A stretch of 61,578 nucleotides of DNA from a virus. Lineage: Duplodnaviria; Caudoviricetes. The translations under genes were made by a program, and so were the position numbers. Below are positions 31,289-40,565 of this stretch, one piece after another. The DNA is taken from the IMG/VR virus record IMGVR_UViG_3300032047_000009, positions 1 through 61,578 of that record; one strand, given 5' to 3'. A model generated the notes under the pieces. That model searched no databases. It was not told the origin of the DNA and was given only the letters and a program-made list of their open reading frames with translations. Numbering within the stretch: position 1 is the stretch's first letter; the number at the start of each line of letters is the position of its first letter.

Positions 31289-34200
31289 TTAATCACCAAA
31301 AGCTATCCACCAAAAATCATGTGGACTATCTGTTACAGCCACAAAACTATTTTTACTTACACTATAAGCATAGTTTGCCCCATCTCCAGATCTACTATTT
31401 CTATTACATGTAACACTAACAGAATTACACCTTGTAGGAAATGCTGTAGGAAAAGTTACAGTAACATCTTCAACACTACCAGTTTGATAACCCCATTTCA
31501 TAAAAGTACCTGATGGTAATTTTTGAGAGTGTTTTTGATAAGTTGTGCTACTCGTACTACTCGTGCTTGCTGTTTTTGCAAAATCCCAAGATTCTCCATC
31601 AACTTCTAAACCACCTTTAACCTCTACATAATCACCGGTTATATCTGTTCTATCTATTTTAAAATAGTATGCCGAACTACTAGCAACCTGTATTCCTTGA
31701 TCTGTAATTTCTGTTTGATTTGCTGTTTTTGCAAAAGCTACATTTGTATCGTTTATATCAAAAGTGCTACCAGGAAAAATAACATAACCAGAACTTAAAA
31801 AACCAACTCTTTTCCAATAAAATCTTAAATATAAGTTATCAGATGATCCAGTTACGTTAAAAGTGAAATTTACAGTTCTTTGCGTAAAACTTAAATCTGA
31901 TCCAGCACCACTATCTGATGCACTATTTAAAAATTTATCTGCTATTATTTCTGTAAATGATGTGTTTGTAGATATTTGAGCTCTTAATTCTATATATACT
32001 AAACCAGAAAAATTAGCACTTGTAGATGCAAAAGCATTTAAAGCATTTGTTGTTATACTTCCTGTATATGTACCAGTTCTGTCACCGGTACCAAAACTAG
32101 CTTGTTTATATAATGTACCAGATGTTTTAAATAAAGAATCTGTTATATTACCTATTGTAGTGTAATTAGAAGACCAACAAGAAAATTGCAAGTCATTCAT
32201 TGTATTAAACGTTGCAGTAACTAAAGAAGTTAATGCAGATAAGTTACCTTGTCTAACTTGTAGTTTAGGTGTACCACTAGTATCATTTATTATTAAACCT
32301 TGATCTGGATCTAATTCTACTCTATCAGAAGAAGATTTTATTTTATCTGTATTTATTGTCCAACCACCTATATTACCAGAACCAGCACTAAGTTCACCAG
32401 AGAAACTTCCAGTAACACCGTTTAGCGGAACATTCAGTTTTAATTGATTGTTATCTAATACAAATGGCGTTGCTGTAGTTGTGCTAGATTTTATAATAAA
32501 CTTGTCTGTTTGAAAAGTTACTGATGATACATCTGTTGTTGTTCCATCAGCAGCCAATATAGACATACCGGTTACTACATTTCCAGCTGTAGCTTGTAAT
32601 GAATACCTAGATTCTGCAAAACCTTCTACAGTAGATATACTACTCGTGTTAGCTATAATATCTGCTCTTAGTCCAGAGTTATCATCACCACCTACTAATG
32701 CACTAAGGGTTGTAACCGAAGATGCTGAAGCAAAATCAGAATTAGTTGTAGTTGTAAAAACATCATTAGCAAAAGCCTCACTAACACTAACAGCAGTAAA
32801 AGTTCCATCAGTATTATCGTATCCTGTGAAAAAGTTTGATGCTAAACTATCTATTTTAGTTGCACTAGCAGACTCGGCATCTGATTGTGCTGTGTTTATA
32901 ACTGTATTTAAAGTATCTGCAACACCGGTTATTTGATTGCTTGAATTAAACGTAAACTGTGTTTTTAATTCTGTGACATCCGATGCTGAAGCTAGACTTG
33001 CGTTTGTTATTGCATCTCCAGCGTGAGTAGTTACTGCTGTTGATAAAGCACCTGTTATATCGTCAACATCATTGTTAGAATCAAAACTAAATACTGCTTC
33101 TAATTTATCTAAAGAATTAGCTGTAGCTTGGACAGCACTTGATGCCGCATTGTTTATAGATGTATTTAATGCGCCGGCCACACCGCTAACATCGTCGTTT
33201 GCATCAAAAGTAAAAACAGCTTCTAACTTAGTGACATCTGATGCTGTAGCACTTATGTTGGTTGCATTAGTACTTATATCATCGACGGCATCGGATAAAC
33301 CCTGAACAGTATTGCCTGTTCTAGGATCTACTGTTAACGTCCAAACATTAGGTGTTCCAGAAACAAGTATATATGGTTTGTTGTCATCATTTGCATCATA
33401 CCAAACCGAACTAACTGGCTCTGTAACGGCTGGAGCTGAATTTTGCCTAAAAATTTTAGGTTTCAAGCCTATGGCTGTTGTGTTATTAGCTATAGCAGTT
33501 GCATTAGTTGATGCAGCTGAAGCATTTACGGCTATTCCACCGTCTTGGCTAGCAACCCATGTGTTTGTTCCACTAACGTCTTTTAATACATAGGGTTTAT
33601 TACCATCATTAGTATCATACCATATTGAACTTAGTGGGTTTGTAATAGCAGGAGCATCATCCTGAGAGAAGACTTTTGGTCTTAAATTAGCAGTTGCTTG
33701 AGCGGTTGCAATAGTTGAATCTACAGTTGCGGTCCATGTATTAGTTCCACTAACATCTTTCAACATGTAAAGTTTGTTACCGTCATTTGTATCGTACCAT
33801 AATGAGTTTAATGGTACTGTTATAGCTGGAGCATCATCTTGTCTAAATATTAATGGTATAGAGTCTTGTGCTGTTTTATTACTAGTTACTGTTGATGATA
33901 AGTTAGTTATTGATGTAGCATTAGCTGTATTAGCTGTTGAATTTGCTGTAATAGCTGTTTCCGCGTCACTTATAGATTGTGTATTAGTTGCTATTCTACC
34001 ATCAAATGTTGCTGTCCAAACTTTTGGAGTTCCTGCAACTAATATATATATCTTATTATCATCATTACTATCAAACCATATTGAACCAGTTGGGTTATTA
34101 GCGGATGGCTCTGCATCTTGTCTAAAAGTTAAAGGTTTATTATTTACAGTAGTTGTTAATGTTGTTACATCACTAGATGATGCAAAATCAGTATTTGTGG

Positions 34201-35845
34201 TGGTAGTAAATATATCGTTTGCAAATGCTTCAGTTAATGTACCAGCTCCTGTTGCATTATTGTAATTTGTAAAAAATTTAGCCCCTAAAGTGTCAACTTT
34301 TGCCGCAGAAGCAGATTCTGCATCACTTCTAGCTGTATCTATAGCTGTGTTTAGTGATTCTGAGCCATTTACACCCGTTATATTGTTACCTGTATATGTA
34401 AATTGAGATTGAAGTTCTGTAATTTTAGCCGCTTCAGAAGAAATAGCCGTAGAATTTGTTGTAATAGCTGTATTTGCTGATGCTAAAGAGCTAATATTTG
34501 TAGCTATTCTTCCATCTGTAGATTCTGTCCACACATTTGGGCTGCCCGACACCAAAACATATACTTTATTATCATCATTTGTGTCAAACCATATAGATCC
34601 AACCGCTTCAGTTACATCTGGAGCGTCATCTTGCCTAAAAATATCAGGTTTTAAGTTAAGATTTGATGTTAATGTTGTTACTGAAGCTGCAGAAGCAAGT
34701 GCGGCATTAGTAATTGCTGCATTTGCACTAGTATTTACAGCTGTTGCAAGACCTCCTCCTGGTGTCATACCATCTACATCACCATTACTATCAAAACTGA
34801 ACACAGCTTCAAGTTTATCTAAGTCACTAGCAACTGCTCCGGCAGCAGAAGTAGCAGTACTACTAACACTTGTTGATAAAGCACCAGCAATTCCGGTAAT
34901 ATCTGTGCCTGTAAATGCAAATTGTGACTCTAATTCTGTTATTTTTGTTGCCCCTGATGATATATTTGTTGCATTTGTGCTTATTTCATCGTTTGCACTA
35001 GCTATAGATGTTACTGCAACACCAATTCTTGAGTCGTCTGTTAAAATCCAAGCTGTTCCGTTAAATATATACAGTTTATTTTCATCATTTGTATCATACC
35101 AAAGTGAATTTGCTGGCATATTACTTGTTGGTGGCTCGTCGTTTTGTCTAAAAACTCTAGGTCTTAATGCTAAACTACTAACATTATCACTTATACTAGT
35201 TACGTTGGTGCTTATATTAGCTGCGTTTGCCGCTATACTAGCATCTACTGTAGCTGTCCAAGTTTTTGTGCCACTTACATCTTTTAATATATATAATTTA
35301 TTACCATCGTTAGTGTCATACCACAGAGAATTTAATGGAACAGAGGTAGCTGGGGCGTCGTCTTGTCTAAAAATTAAAGGTATTAAATCTTGTGATGCTT
35401 TGTTTGTTGTAACTATACTTGTTAAAGAGGTAAGCTGTGCCGCCGAGGCGTAATCTGTAGATGCCGATGTGTTTAATATTGAATCAGCAAATGATTGAGA
35501 TAAACTCGTGAGGTTACCATTACTGTCAAATGTACCAAAAGTAGAAGCTAGATTAACAGCATATGTAGCTGTAGCAGATATACTATCAGCATTTGTAGAT
35601 ATACTAACATTAGCTGTAGCTAGTGCATTAGTATTCGTAGTAATACTAGAAGACATGCTATTTAAATTATAATTAACCTCACCTATAGTAAATGTGTTGT
35701 TAAGGTAATTAGATAACTCGTCTAACGTTATATTATTCGTTATGTATATAGAACCATATTGACCTTCACCCTCGTAAGAGGAGATCACTAGTTGATCCTC
35801 TGCCCTTAATAGTTCGTCTCTATTGTAACTGCTTATTCTGGCCAT
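31289..35845 (-). CDS. Long repetitive tail fibre
   Basis: 7 FRQDDAP..WYDTNDGNKxY..W modules alternating with coiled coils; C-terminal KLPSGTFMKWG..FPTAFP..FWWIAFG fibre-tip domain. Confidence 0.8.
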   Translation of the reverse strand: MARISSYNRDELLRAEDQLVISSYEGEGQYGSIYITNNITLDELSNYLNNTFTIGEVNYNLNSMSSSITTNTNALATANVSISTNADSISATATYAVNLASTFGTFDSNGNLTSLSQSFADSILNTSASTDYASAAQLTSLTSIVTTNKASQDLIPLIFRQDDAPATSVPLNSLWYDTNDGNKLYILKDVSGTKTWTATVDASIAANAANISTNVTSISDNVSSLALRPRVFRQNDEPPTSNMPANSLWYDTNDENKLYIFNGTAWILTDDSRIGVAVTSIASANDEISTNATNISSGATKITELESQFAFTGTDITGIAGALSTSVSSTATSAAGAVASDLDKLEAVFSFDSNGDVDGMTPGGGLATAVNTSANAAITNAALASAASVTTLTSNLNLKPDIFRQDDAPDVTEAVGSIWFDTNDDNKVYVLVSGSPNVWTESTDGRIATNISSLASANTAITTNSTAISSEAAKITELQSQFTYTGNNITGVNGSESLNTAIDTARSDAESASAAKVDTLGAKFFTNYNNATGAGTLTEAFANDIFTTTTNTDFASSSDVTTLTTTVNNKPLTFRQDAEPSANNPTGSIWFDSNDDNKIYILVAGTPKVWTATFDGRIATNTQSISDAETAITANSTANTANATSITNLSSTVTSNKTAQDSIPLIFRQDDAPAITVPLNSLWYDTNDGNKLYMLKDVSGTNTWTATVDSTIATAQATANLRPKVFSQDDAPAITNPLSSIWYDTNDGNKPYVLKDVSGTNTWVASQDGGIAVNASAASTNATAIANNTTAIGLKPKIFRQNSAPAVTEPVSSVWYDANDDNKPYILVSGTPNVWTLTVDPRTGNTVQGLSDAVDDISTNATNISATASDVTKLEAVFTFDANDDVSGVAGALNTSINNAASSAVQATANSLDKLEAVFSFDSNNDVDDITGALSTAVTTHAGDAITNASLASASDVTELKTQFTFNSSNQITGVADTLNTVINTAQSDAESASATKIDSLASNFFTGYDNTDGTFTAVSVSEAFANDVFTTTTNSDFASASSVTTLSALVGGDDNSGLRADIIANTSSISTVEGFAESRYSLQATAGNVVTGMSILAADGTTTDVSSVTFQTDKFIIKSSTTTATPFVLDNNQLKLNVPLNGVTGSFSGELSAGSGNIGGWTINTDKIKSSSDRVELDPDQGLIINDTSGTPKLQVRQGNLSALTSLVTATFNTMNDLQFSCWSSNYTTIGNITDSLFKTSGTLYKQASFGTGDRTGTYTGSITTNALNAFASTSANFSGLVYIELRAQISTNTSFTEIIADKFLNSASDSGAGSDLSFTQRTVNFTFNVTGSSDNLYLRFYWKRVGFLSSGYVIFPGSTFDINDTNVAFAKTANQTEITDQGIQVASSSAYYFKIDRTDITGDYVEVKGGLEVDGESWDFAKTASTSSTSSTTYQKHSQKLPSGTFMKWGYQTGSVEDVTVTFPTAFPTRCNSVSVTCNRNSRSGDGANYAYSVSKNSFVAVTDSPHDFWWIAFGD

Positions 35846-36087
35846 TATTTTGTGTTATATTTTTTTGTACCCTTACCGTGTCCACTTCTATTTTTCTTCC
35901 TAGATATGAATTTCTTTGCATTGTGATCATAATCTAGCCCATCTAAGTTTCTACCTTTCTTCTTAGCAGCGCGTCTAAGTCTTTGGTTTTCGGCCTTCAT
36001 TCTTCTTCTACGAGGAGTTTTTGCTGTAGCCAAATCTCTTTTAGCTTTAGCCAGTCTTGCTTTCTTACTAAGTTTCTGTTTTGCCAT
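35845..36087 (-). CDS. Small basic protein, first gene of the leftward block
   Basis: Arg/Lys-rich; DYDH..NR resembles a degenerate HNH fragment. Confidence 0.6.
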   Translation of the reverse strand: MAKQKLSKKARLAKAKRDLATAKTPRRRRMKAENQRLRRAAKKKGRNLDGLDYDHNAKKFISRKKNRSGHGKGTKKYNTK

Positions 36088-36095
36088 AACCCTTA

Positions 36096-36121
36096 TATCA
36101 CCTATTTTTAGGAGGTTTTAA
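36096..36121 (-). promoter_or_regulatory. Putative late promoter, copy 1
   Basis: Minus strand reads TTAAAA-N6-AAAAATAGGTGATA, 8 nt upstream of the first late gene. Confidence 0.45.
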
Positions 36122-36272
36122 ACATAGGGGTTTTGTATAATACCTATACTTTACGGTACAGCTATCAATACCAAAACGACTTGTAAAAGGCCCACGGGCC
36201 GTTGTTTACCTCCATTTTGTCTAGAACTTTTAGCTTTTACCTAGGGCTTGTTATTAGTCCTTATGCTATACA

Positions 36273-36314
36273 CAGACGAGTCACGAGCAGAGTAGAGCAG
36301 ACGAGTCACGAGCA
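36273..36314 (+). repeat. Direct repeat cagacgagtcacgagca x2 (25-bp period)
   Basis: Identical 17-mers at 36273 and 36298. Confidence 0.9.
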
Positions 36315-36326
36315 TCTTTATATAAT
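36298..36326 (+). promoter_or_regulatory. Early promoter P1
   Basis: CAGACG-17 bp-TATAAT. Confidence 0.75.
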
Positions 36327-36361
36327 ATATATAATTAATAAATAAATCTAAATAAATAATT

Positions 36362-36619
36362 ATGAAAAAAGAATCAAGTAATCCAAGTGTTAAACAAACT
36401 AAACTAACTACTAAAAGGTTTGTGATCAGAAAGAATCTAATCGGTAAGAATGTAACGATTGAATTCAAAACAAAAGAAGGTAAGACATTCAAGTATAATC
36501 ATGACAAAGTATATAGTAGTAACAAGAAAAGGTTTGAAGGTATGAACTGTTTCAAGAAGTATAAGTCATACACTGCAACAAACAATGTACCAACATTTGC
36601 AAGAGACTTCCTACTGTAG
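36362..36619 (+). CDS. First early protein, paralogue A
   Basis: TKRFVIRKNLIGKN..YNHDKVY..CFKKYKSYTATNNVPTFARD. Confidence 0.75.
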   Translation: MKKESSNPSVKQTKLTTKRFVIRKNLIGKNVTIEFKTKEGKTFKYNHDKVYSSNKKRFEGMNCFKKYKSYTATNNVPTFARDFLL

Positions 36620-36647
36620 GGAGTTTCTTTTGGGTAAAGCGAAGCAA

Positions 36648-36671
36648 AGGGGAGTGTAATGCTCCTCTTTG
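36648..36671 (+). terminator. Hairpin/terminator after paralogue A
   Basis: ggagt-gtaat-gctcc hairpin followed by tcttt. Confidence 0.4.
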
Positions 36672-36707
36672 TGTGTATAGCACAGACAGGTAACGAGCGA
36701 AGAATAA

Positions 36708-36736
36708 CAGACACAATACGAGCAAGTGACTATAAT
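36708..36736 (+). promoter_or_regulatory. Early promoter P2
   Basis: CAGACA-17 bp-TATAAT; a second CAGAC-N5-ACGAGC unit lies 25 bp upstream at 36683. Confidence 0.8.
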
Positions 36737-36771
36737 ATAAATGTAACTAATTAATACTAAATATATATACT

Positions 36772-37005
36772 ATGAAAAATTCTATTATTAAAACAAAAAG
36801 ATTTGTAATCAGAAAATCTTTACTTGGCAAGAACTCAATTATTCAATTTACTAACAAAGAAGGTAAGTCTTTCAAGTACAATCATGATGAAGTGTACAAA
36901 GTAAACAAAAAGCATTTTGATTCTATGAAGTGTTTTGAAAAGTACAAATCATACACTGCTACTAATAACATGCCAACCTTTGCTCGAGATCTAATAATCA
37001 AATAG
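36772..37005 (+). CDS. Early protein, paralogue B
   Basis: TKRFVIRKSLLGKN..YNHDEVY..CFEKYKSYTATNNMPTFARD. Confidence 0.75.
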   Translation: MKNSIIKTKRFVIRKSLLGKNSIIQFTNKEGKSFKYNHDEVYKVNKKHFDSMKCFEKYKSYTATNNMPTFARDLIIK

Positions 37006-37074
37006 CAATAGTAACTGTACTGCTCCGCTTTGCGGAGTATGTATAGCAAAATGGCAGAGCGAAGTGAAGAATAG

Positions 37075-37120
37075 TGTGACACTAGCCACTAATATACCTT
37101 ATTATACTGCCTTATGTCAC
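37075..37120. promoter_or_regulatory. Spaced inverted-repeat site A (TGTGACA-N33-TGTCAC)
   Basis: Second similar copy at 43316-43361. Confidence 0.55.
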
Positions 37121-37204
37121 CTTTTTTCAATAATCTCACAGCATCAGGCGGAGCTTTATACCTCCTAATACCTCTACTACACTTAAATAAACAATCCACC
37201 TTTG

Positions 37205-37233
37205 CAGACATAATACACAAGTAATTATATAAT
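37205..37233 (+). promoter_or_regulatory. Early promoter P3
   Basis: CAGACA-17-TATAAT. Confidence 0.8.
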
Positions 37234-37261
37234 ATATATAACTAATCTTAATTAACATACT

Positions 37262-37474
37262 ATGATAATAAAAAAGTCAAGTAAATCCAAAAAACCATTC
37301 ATTAAATTCAACCACACTCGTCACTTTGGTTTCCAAATTGGTAAGTTACCAAAAAGACTATGTGATGTGGAGTCTAAGAATCCAATTCACTCGTGGTTTA
37401 ACTACAAAGGTTTCACATTTATCAGTGAACAGAACTTCATAAATCCAATCACTGGTCAGATAACAATAGAATAA
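37262..37474 (+). CDS. Hypothetical early protein
   Basis: 70 aa, downstream of P3. Confidence 0.65.
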   Translation: MIIKKSSKSKKPFIKFNHTRHFGFQIGKLPKRLCDVESKNPIHSWFNYKGFTFISEQNFINPITGQITIE

Positions 37475-37478
37475 TACT

Positions 37479-37607
37479 ATGAAATATATATCACCAATTA
37501 CAGGTAAAGAAGTATCAAAGAAACAATACTTTGAGATAATGTTTGGCGTAGAGTTTATGCAAAGCAATAATAAAGGAACTTTAATAGAATATAATTATGA
37601 GAAATGA
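37479..37607 (+). CDS. Hypothetical early microprotein (42 aa)
   Basis: MKYISPITGKEVSKKQYFEIMFG..; fills the gap. Confidence 0.5.
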   Translation: MKYISPITGKEVSKKQYFEIMFGVEFMQSNNKGTLIEYNYEK

Positions 37608-37827
37608 AATTAAATTATTAAGAGAAACAAAAGAAACTGTATCAGTGGATCCAGTAACTTATACTGAATTCTATGATTTATCAGGTAATGAATTTATATA
37701 CGAGGATGGTGTCTTAAAAGATATATTAATAGGTAATAAACACATTCATATCTTTCACGAGGGTGATATAGAAATAGATGATGTATCTGTTGAAGCAAAT
37801 GGAAATTGTGTTGTAGTAAGAGTATAA
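37597..37827 (+). CDS. Hypothetical acidic early protein
   Basis: 76 aa. Confidence 0.6.
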   Translation: MRNEIKLLRETKETVSVDPVTYTEFYDLSGNEFIYEDGVLKDILIGNKHIHIFHEGDIEIDDVSVEANGNCVVVRV

Positions 37828-37832
37828 AATTA

Positions 37833-37861
37833 CAGACATATAACAAGAGTAATAATATAAT
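37833..37861 (+). promoter_or_regulatory. Early promoter P4
   Basis: CAGACA-17-TATAAT. Confidence 0.8.
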
Positions 37862-37878
37862 AAATAAAAATAATAATT

Positions 37879-38064
37879 ATGTTAATCAAGAAAAAAATCG
37901 TAAATGAGTGTACAGATACCATACTAGACAGTATTTATGAGAATCTTACCGAGTACATGTTTGAGTATGGTAATTATTCAGAAACTGATGACAAGTTTTC
38001 AAAAGACCATAGTAATTATATGGAAGCAGTTATCAAAGAATTATATAAAAGAATAAATAAATGA
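37879..38064 (+). CDS. Hypothetical early protein
   Basis: 61 aa after P4. Confidence 0.6.
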   Translation: MLIKKKIVNECTDTILDSIYENLTEYMFEYGNYSETDDKFSKDHSNYMEAVIKELYKRINK

Positions 38065-38182
38065 AAGAATTATTAGAGGAAATATACTTTCACATTAAAA
38101 TGTTACAAGATGGTAATATAGATAATGATGATTTTAGTAATGCAATAGAACAAGTGTGGGAACACTATTATTATAATAAATT

Positions 38183-38350
38183 ATGAAATATAAAATGAGT
38201 GACTATAAATTAGTAGATATAATACTAAAGATAGTTTTAATAGGTTTAGCGATAATGTGGGTGTTAGGTGTGGTTCAGTTATTTTACCACCTTATAACTA
38301 ATCCATCAGCTCTAGATAATGCAACGTTTGGAATCTTTGATACAATATAA
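38183..38350 (+). CDS. Small membrane protein
   Basis: MKYKMSDYKLVDIILKIVLIGLAIMWVLGVVQLFYHLITNP.. Confidence 0.5.
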   Translation: MKYKMSDYKLVDIILKIVLIGLAIMWVLGVVQLFYHLITNPSALDNATFGIFDTI

Positions 38351-38351
38351 T

Positions 38352-38471
38352 ATGGAAAAATGTAAATTCTGTGGTGGTTATGATTTAACTTATCATCAAT
38401 ACTTTATAATGGATTCTGTTTGCTCTGAATGTGGCGAGTGGCAGGACGGTAATACAATACAATATGAATAG
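38352..38471 (+). CDS. Zn-ribbon microprotein (39 aa)
   Basis: MEKCKFCGGYDLTY..CSECGEW. Confidence 0.6.
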   Translation: MEKCKFCGGYDLTYHQYFIMDSVCSECGEWQDGNTIQYE

Positions 38472-38697
38472 TTGTGGATTTTGTGGTGGCTATGAATTAA
38501 TTTATAGTTGTCCAGAGTGTGGAGATCTTAAAAAACAAGATGTGTTTTCATTAGATTGCTCTTATTTTAATAAAAACTTTACATCTATTGCTGATCTTAT
38601 AGAGTATATAACAGTTAATGGTATGGATCCAAACTATGAAATAACTAAAAATGGTAAACACACATATCAAAAAGCAATAAACTTAATACAATTTTAA
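38464..38697 (+). CDS. Zn-ribbon-containing hypothetical protein
   Basis: ATG at 38464: MNSCGFCGGYELIYSCPECG.. Confidence 0.6.
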   Translation: MNSCGFCGGYELIYSCPECGDLKKQDVFSLDCSYFNKNFTSIADLIEYITVNGMDPNYEITKNGKHTYQKAINLIQF

Positions 38698-38979
38698 ATG
38701 GAAGAGTATACTAAAAAACACGAGCATAGGGGTATAGATTATTATTATTTAGAGTGGAAAACTTGGAATGATAAAGACGCTAATGGTTACATATGTAAAA
38801 ATGAAAGGTTGTTAAGTGGTTTAAACTTAGTACAGTTTGGTATGCCTACAAAATACTTAATGAAACAAAAGATTAATGATTTACTTGATTACAAGCATAA
38901 GTATTTAGAAGATCAAGAGCAATATGATAGAGCAGCTGAAGAATATATGAGTAAAATAGGTACTGAAGGCGATGGTTAA
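38698..38979 (+). CDS. Hypothetical early protein
   Basis: 93 aa. Confidence 0.6.
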   Translation: MEEYTKKHEHRGIDYYYLEWKTWNDKDANGYICKNERLLSGLNLVQFGMPTKYLMKQKINDLLDYKHKYLEDQEQYDRAAEEYMSKIGTEGDG

Positions 38980-38981
38980 TA

Positions 38982-39010
38982 CAAACATAAAACGACACTA
39001 AAAATATAAT
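38982..39010 (+). promoter_or_regulatory. Early promoter P5
   Basis: CAAACA-17-TATAAT. Confidence 0.75.
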
Positions 39011-39044
39011 ATAATAAATTGTTTAACTTAAATATAATACTATT

Positions 39045-39341
39045 ATGACTAAATCAGAATTACAAATTTCGCATTACAGAGAAGTTCAAGACATTATAGA
39101 TCGTTTTCAAAACGGCAACTTTAACTTATACTCATTAGAGTGGAAGTTAGATGATTTATATCTTGAAGCTTTAAAAAACAACATAGCACTGCAAGATGTA
39201 GATGTTATTGTAGAGGTTTATAAAATTAAATCTTTAGCAAATGCTAGAAACAAACTAGAAGAAACTACAGAAGAAATAGTTGATGAGGTTACTGATGCTT
39301 TATTAACTAATACAATAGATATAATATCTGGTACGGAATGA
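39045..39341 (+). CDS. Hypothetical early protein
   Basis: 98 aa after P5. Confidence 0.6.
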   Translation: MTKSELQISHYREVQDIIDRFQNGNFNLYSLEWKLDDLYLEALKNNIALQDVDVIVEVYKIKSLANARNKLEETTEEIVDEVTDALLTNTIDIISGTE

Positions 39342-39562
39342 AGCTAATAAATGTAACAACACACGGTAGTTTACAGTTTAGACTAGATGACAATAGAATA
39401 GCTGTATCATGTAATAGTGGGTATATAAGAATAAATACCCACCATCGCAATATGTTTAATGGTTTAAAAGTTTTCTATCAAATGAGAAAACAAAAAATAA
39501 TGTGTCCAAGAAAAAGATACAAGTTTATAAAAGATTTTAATTCTAGGATATGTACAAAGTAA
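39338..39562 (+). CDS. Hypothetical early protein
   Basis: 74 aa, ATGA overlap with the previous gene. Confidence 0.55.
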   Translation: MKLINVTTHGSLQFRLDDNRIAVSCNSGYIRINTHHRNMFNGLKVFYQMRKQKIMCPRKRYKFIKDFNSRICTK

Positions 39563-39708
39563 GAACAGTAGACATATATAAATGTGAGATGTGCAAGGGA
39601 GGTATGACATCAGAAGAATATTTCTTTTGTGATATATGCCCTGACTGTAGAGATTATGATGAGTACGAAGAAACAAACGAAAGCGTGTATAGCAACGGCG
39701 GAAAATAA
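39550..39708 (+). CDS. Cys-rich microprotein (52 aa)
   Basis: KCEMCKG..FCDICPDC. Confidence 0.55.
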   Translation: MYKVRTVDIYKCEMCKGGMTSEEYFFCDICPDCRDYDEYEETNESVYSNGGK

Positions 39709-39710
39709 TA

Positions 39711-39739
39711 CAGACAGATAACAAACAAGTAAGTATAAT
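39711..39739 (+). promoter_or_regulatory. Early promoter P6
   Basis: CAGACA-17-TATAAT. Confidence 0.8.
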
Positions 39740-39755
39740 ATAATAAATAAAAAAT

Positions 39756-40145
39756 ATGAAATTAAAAGTTTTAAAAAATGGCGACGAATTTTATATCGGC
39801 GGCACATTCAAGTTAGCATCTCTTTACAATGTACGTTATATTGATTTAGTTGATGCGTTAGGCGAACCCACATTACCCGAAACAACATTAGATAATAAAA
39901 CACAAGTTTGTTGGGTGTTAGAGTATGACAACAACCTGTATACTATCTATGATTATAGAATGACTGACAGAGAGTTTGTATTAAAACATAACAAAATGTG
40001 GTCTATTGGTGGTAGAAAAAGCTTACCACTTGAAGTTGAAGATAAATTAATAAATAAAATTAAAAAAGGTCAAATTGGCGGTTTATTTATGCATCACGAT
40101 TTAAAATGGTATGCACAAGATTTACAAAGCCAAAAAGTAACATAG
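39756..40145 (+). CDS. Hypothetical early protein
   Basis: YIDLVDALGEPT..KTQVCW..TIYDY..WSIGG. Confidence 0.7.
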   Translation: MKLKVLKNGDEFYIGGTFKLASLYNVRYIDLVDALGEPTLPETTLDNKTQVCWVLEYDNNLYTIYDYRMTDREFVLKHNKMWSIGGRKSLPLEVEDKLINKIKKGQIGGLFMHHDLKWYAQDLQSQKVT

Positions 40146-40230
40146 TCAGACGAGTAGCTTAATTAGGTGTGTATGTGAGTCCTTATGGAAATCGGAAGTG
40201 TATTACACGCACATAAGTGAATAGCTGGCA

Positions 40231-40390
40231 GAGAGGTGGCGGCATACAGGTCACGTTAGGTAGATCGGTACAATTACACATTAATTTATAATTAATAGTA
40301 ATGGTAATTTAATTACTGTACCAGTACAAAACAGAAATTGTGGATAAATGATAATACTAGGTAACTACCTGTCCACAACTGGTGCCTCTC
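40231..40390 (+). ncRNA. Candidate structured RNA directly upstream of the tRNA (alternative: origin-like element)
   Basis: Closing stem gagagg(40231)/cctctc(40385); internal stems ggtaca/tgtacc and ttgtgga/tccacaa; no ORF. Confidence 0.35.
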
Positions 40391-40394
40391 ATAA

Positions 40395-40467
<73 letters not shown>

Positions 40468-40565
40468 CTACAGACTGGTGAAGTTAGTCACACGTTGCAT
40501 TCACCGTGAGAAGCTTACGACATTGCTCACAGGTTGGTCGCCACTCTAACATTAAATAATTAAAT

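Noticed and set aside
32646-35453. Long plus-strand ORFs such as 34581-35453 and 33774-34265
   Set aside because: Antisense shadows of the A/T/S-rich fibre gene
20495-35845. Diversity-generating retroelement acting on fibres
   Set aside because: No reverse transcriptase and no adenine-specific TR/VR pair seen; the repeats are protein-level modules
39555-39583. Tenth early promoter (CAAAG-N5-AC..TATAAA)
   Set aside because: Spacing is off by one, both boxes are degenerate, and it lies inside the Cys-rich ORF
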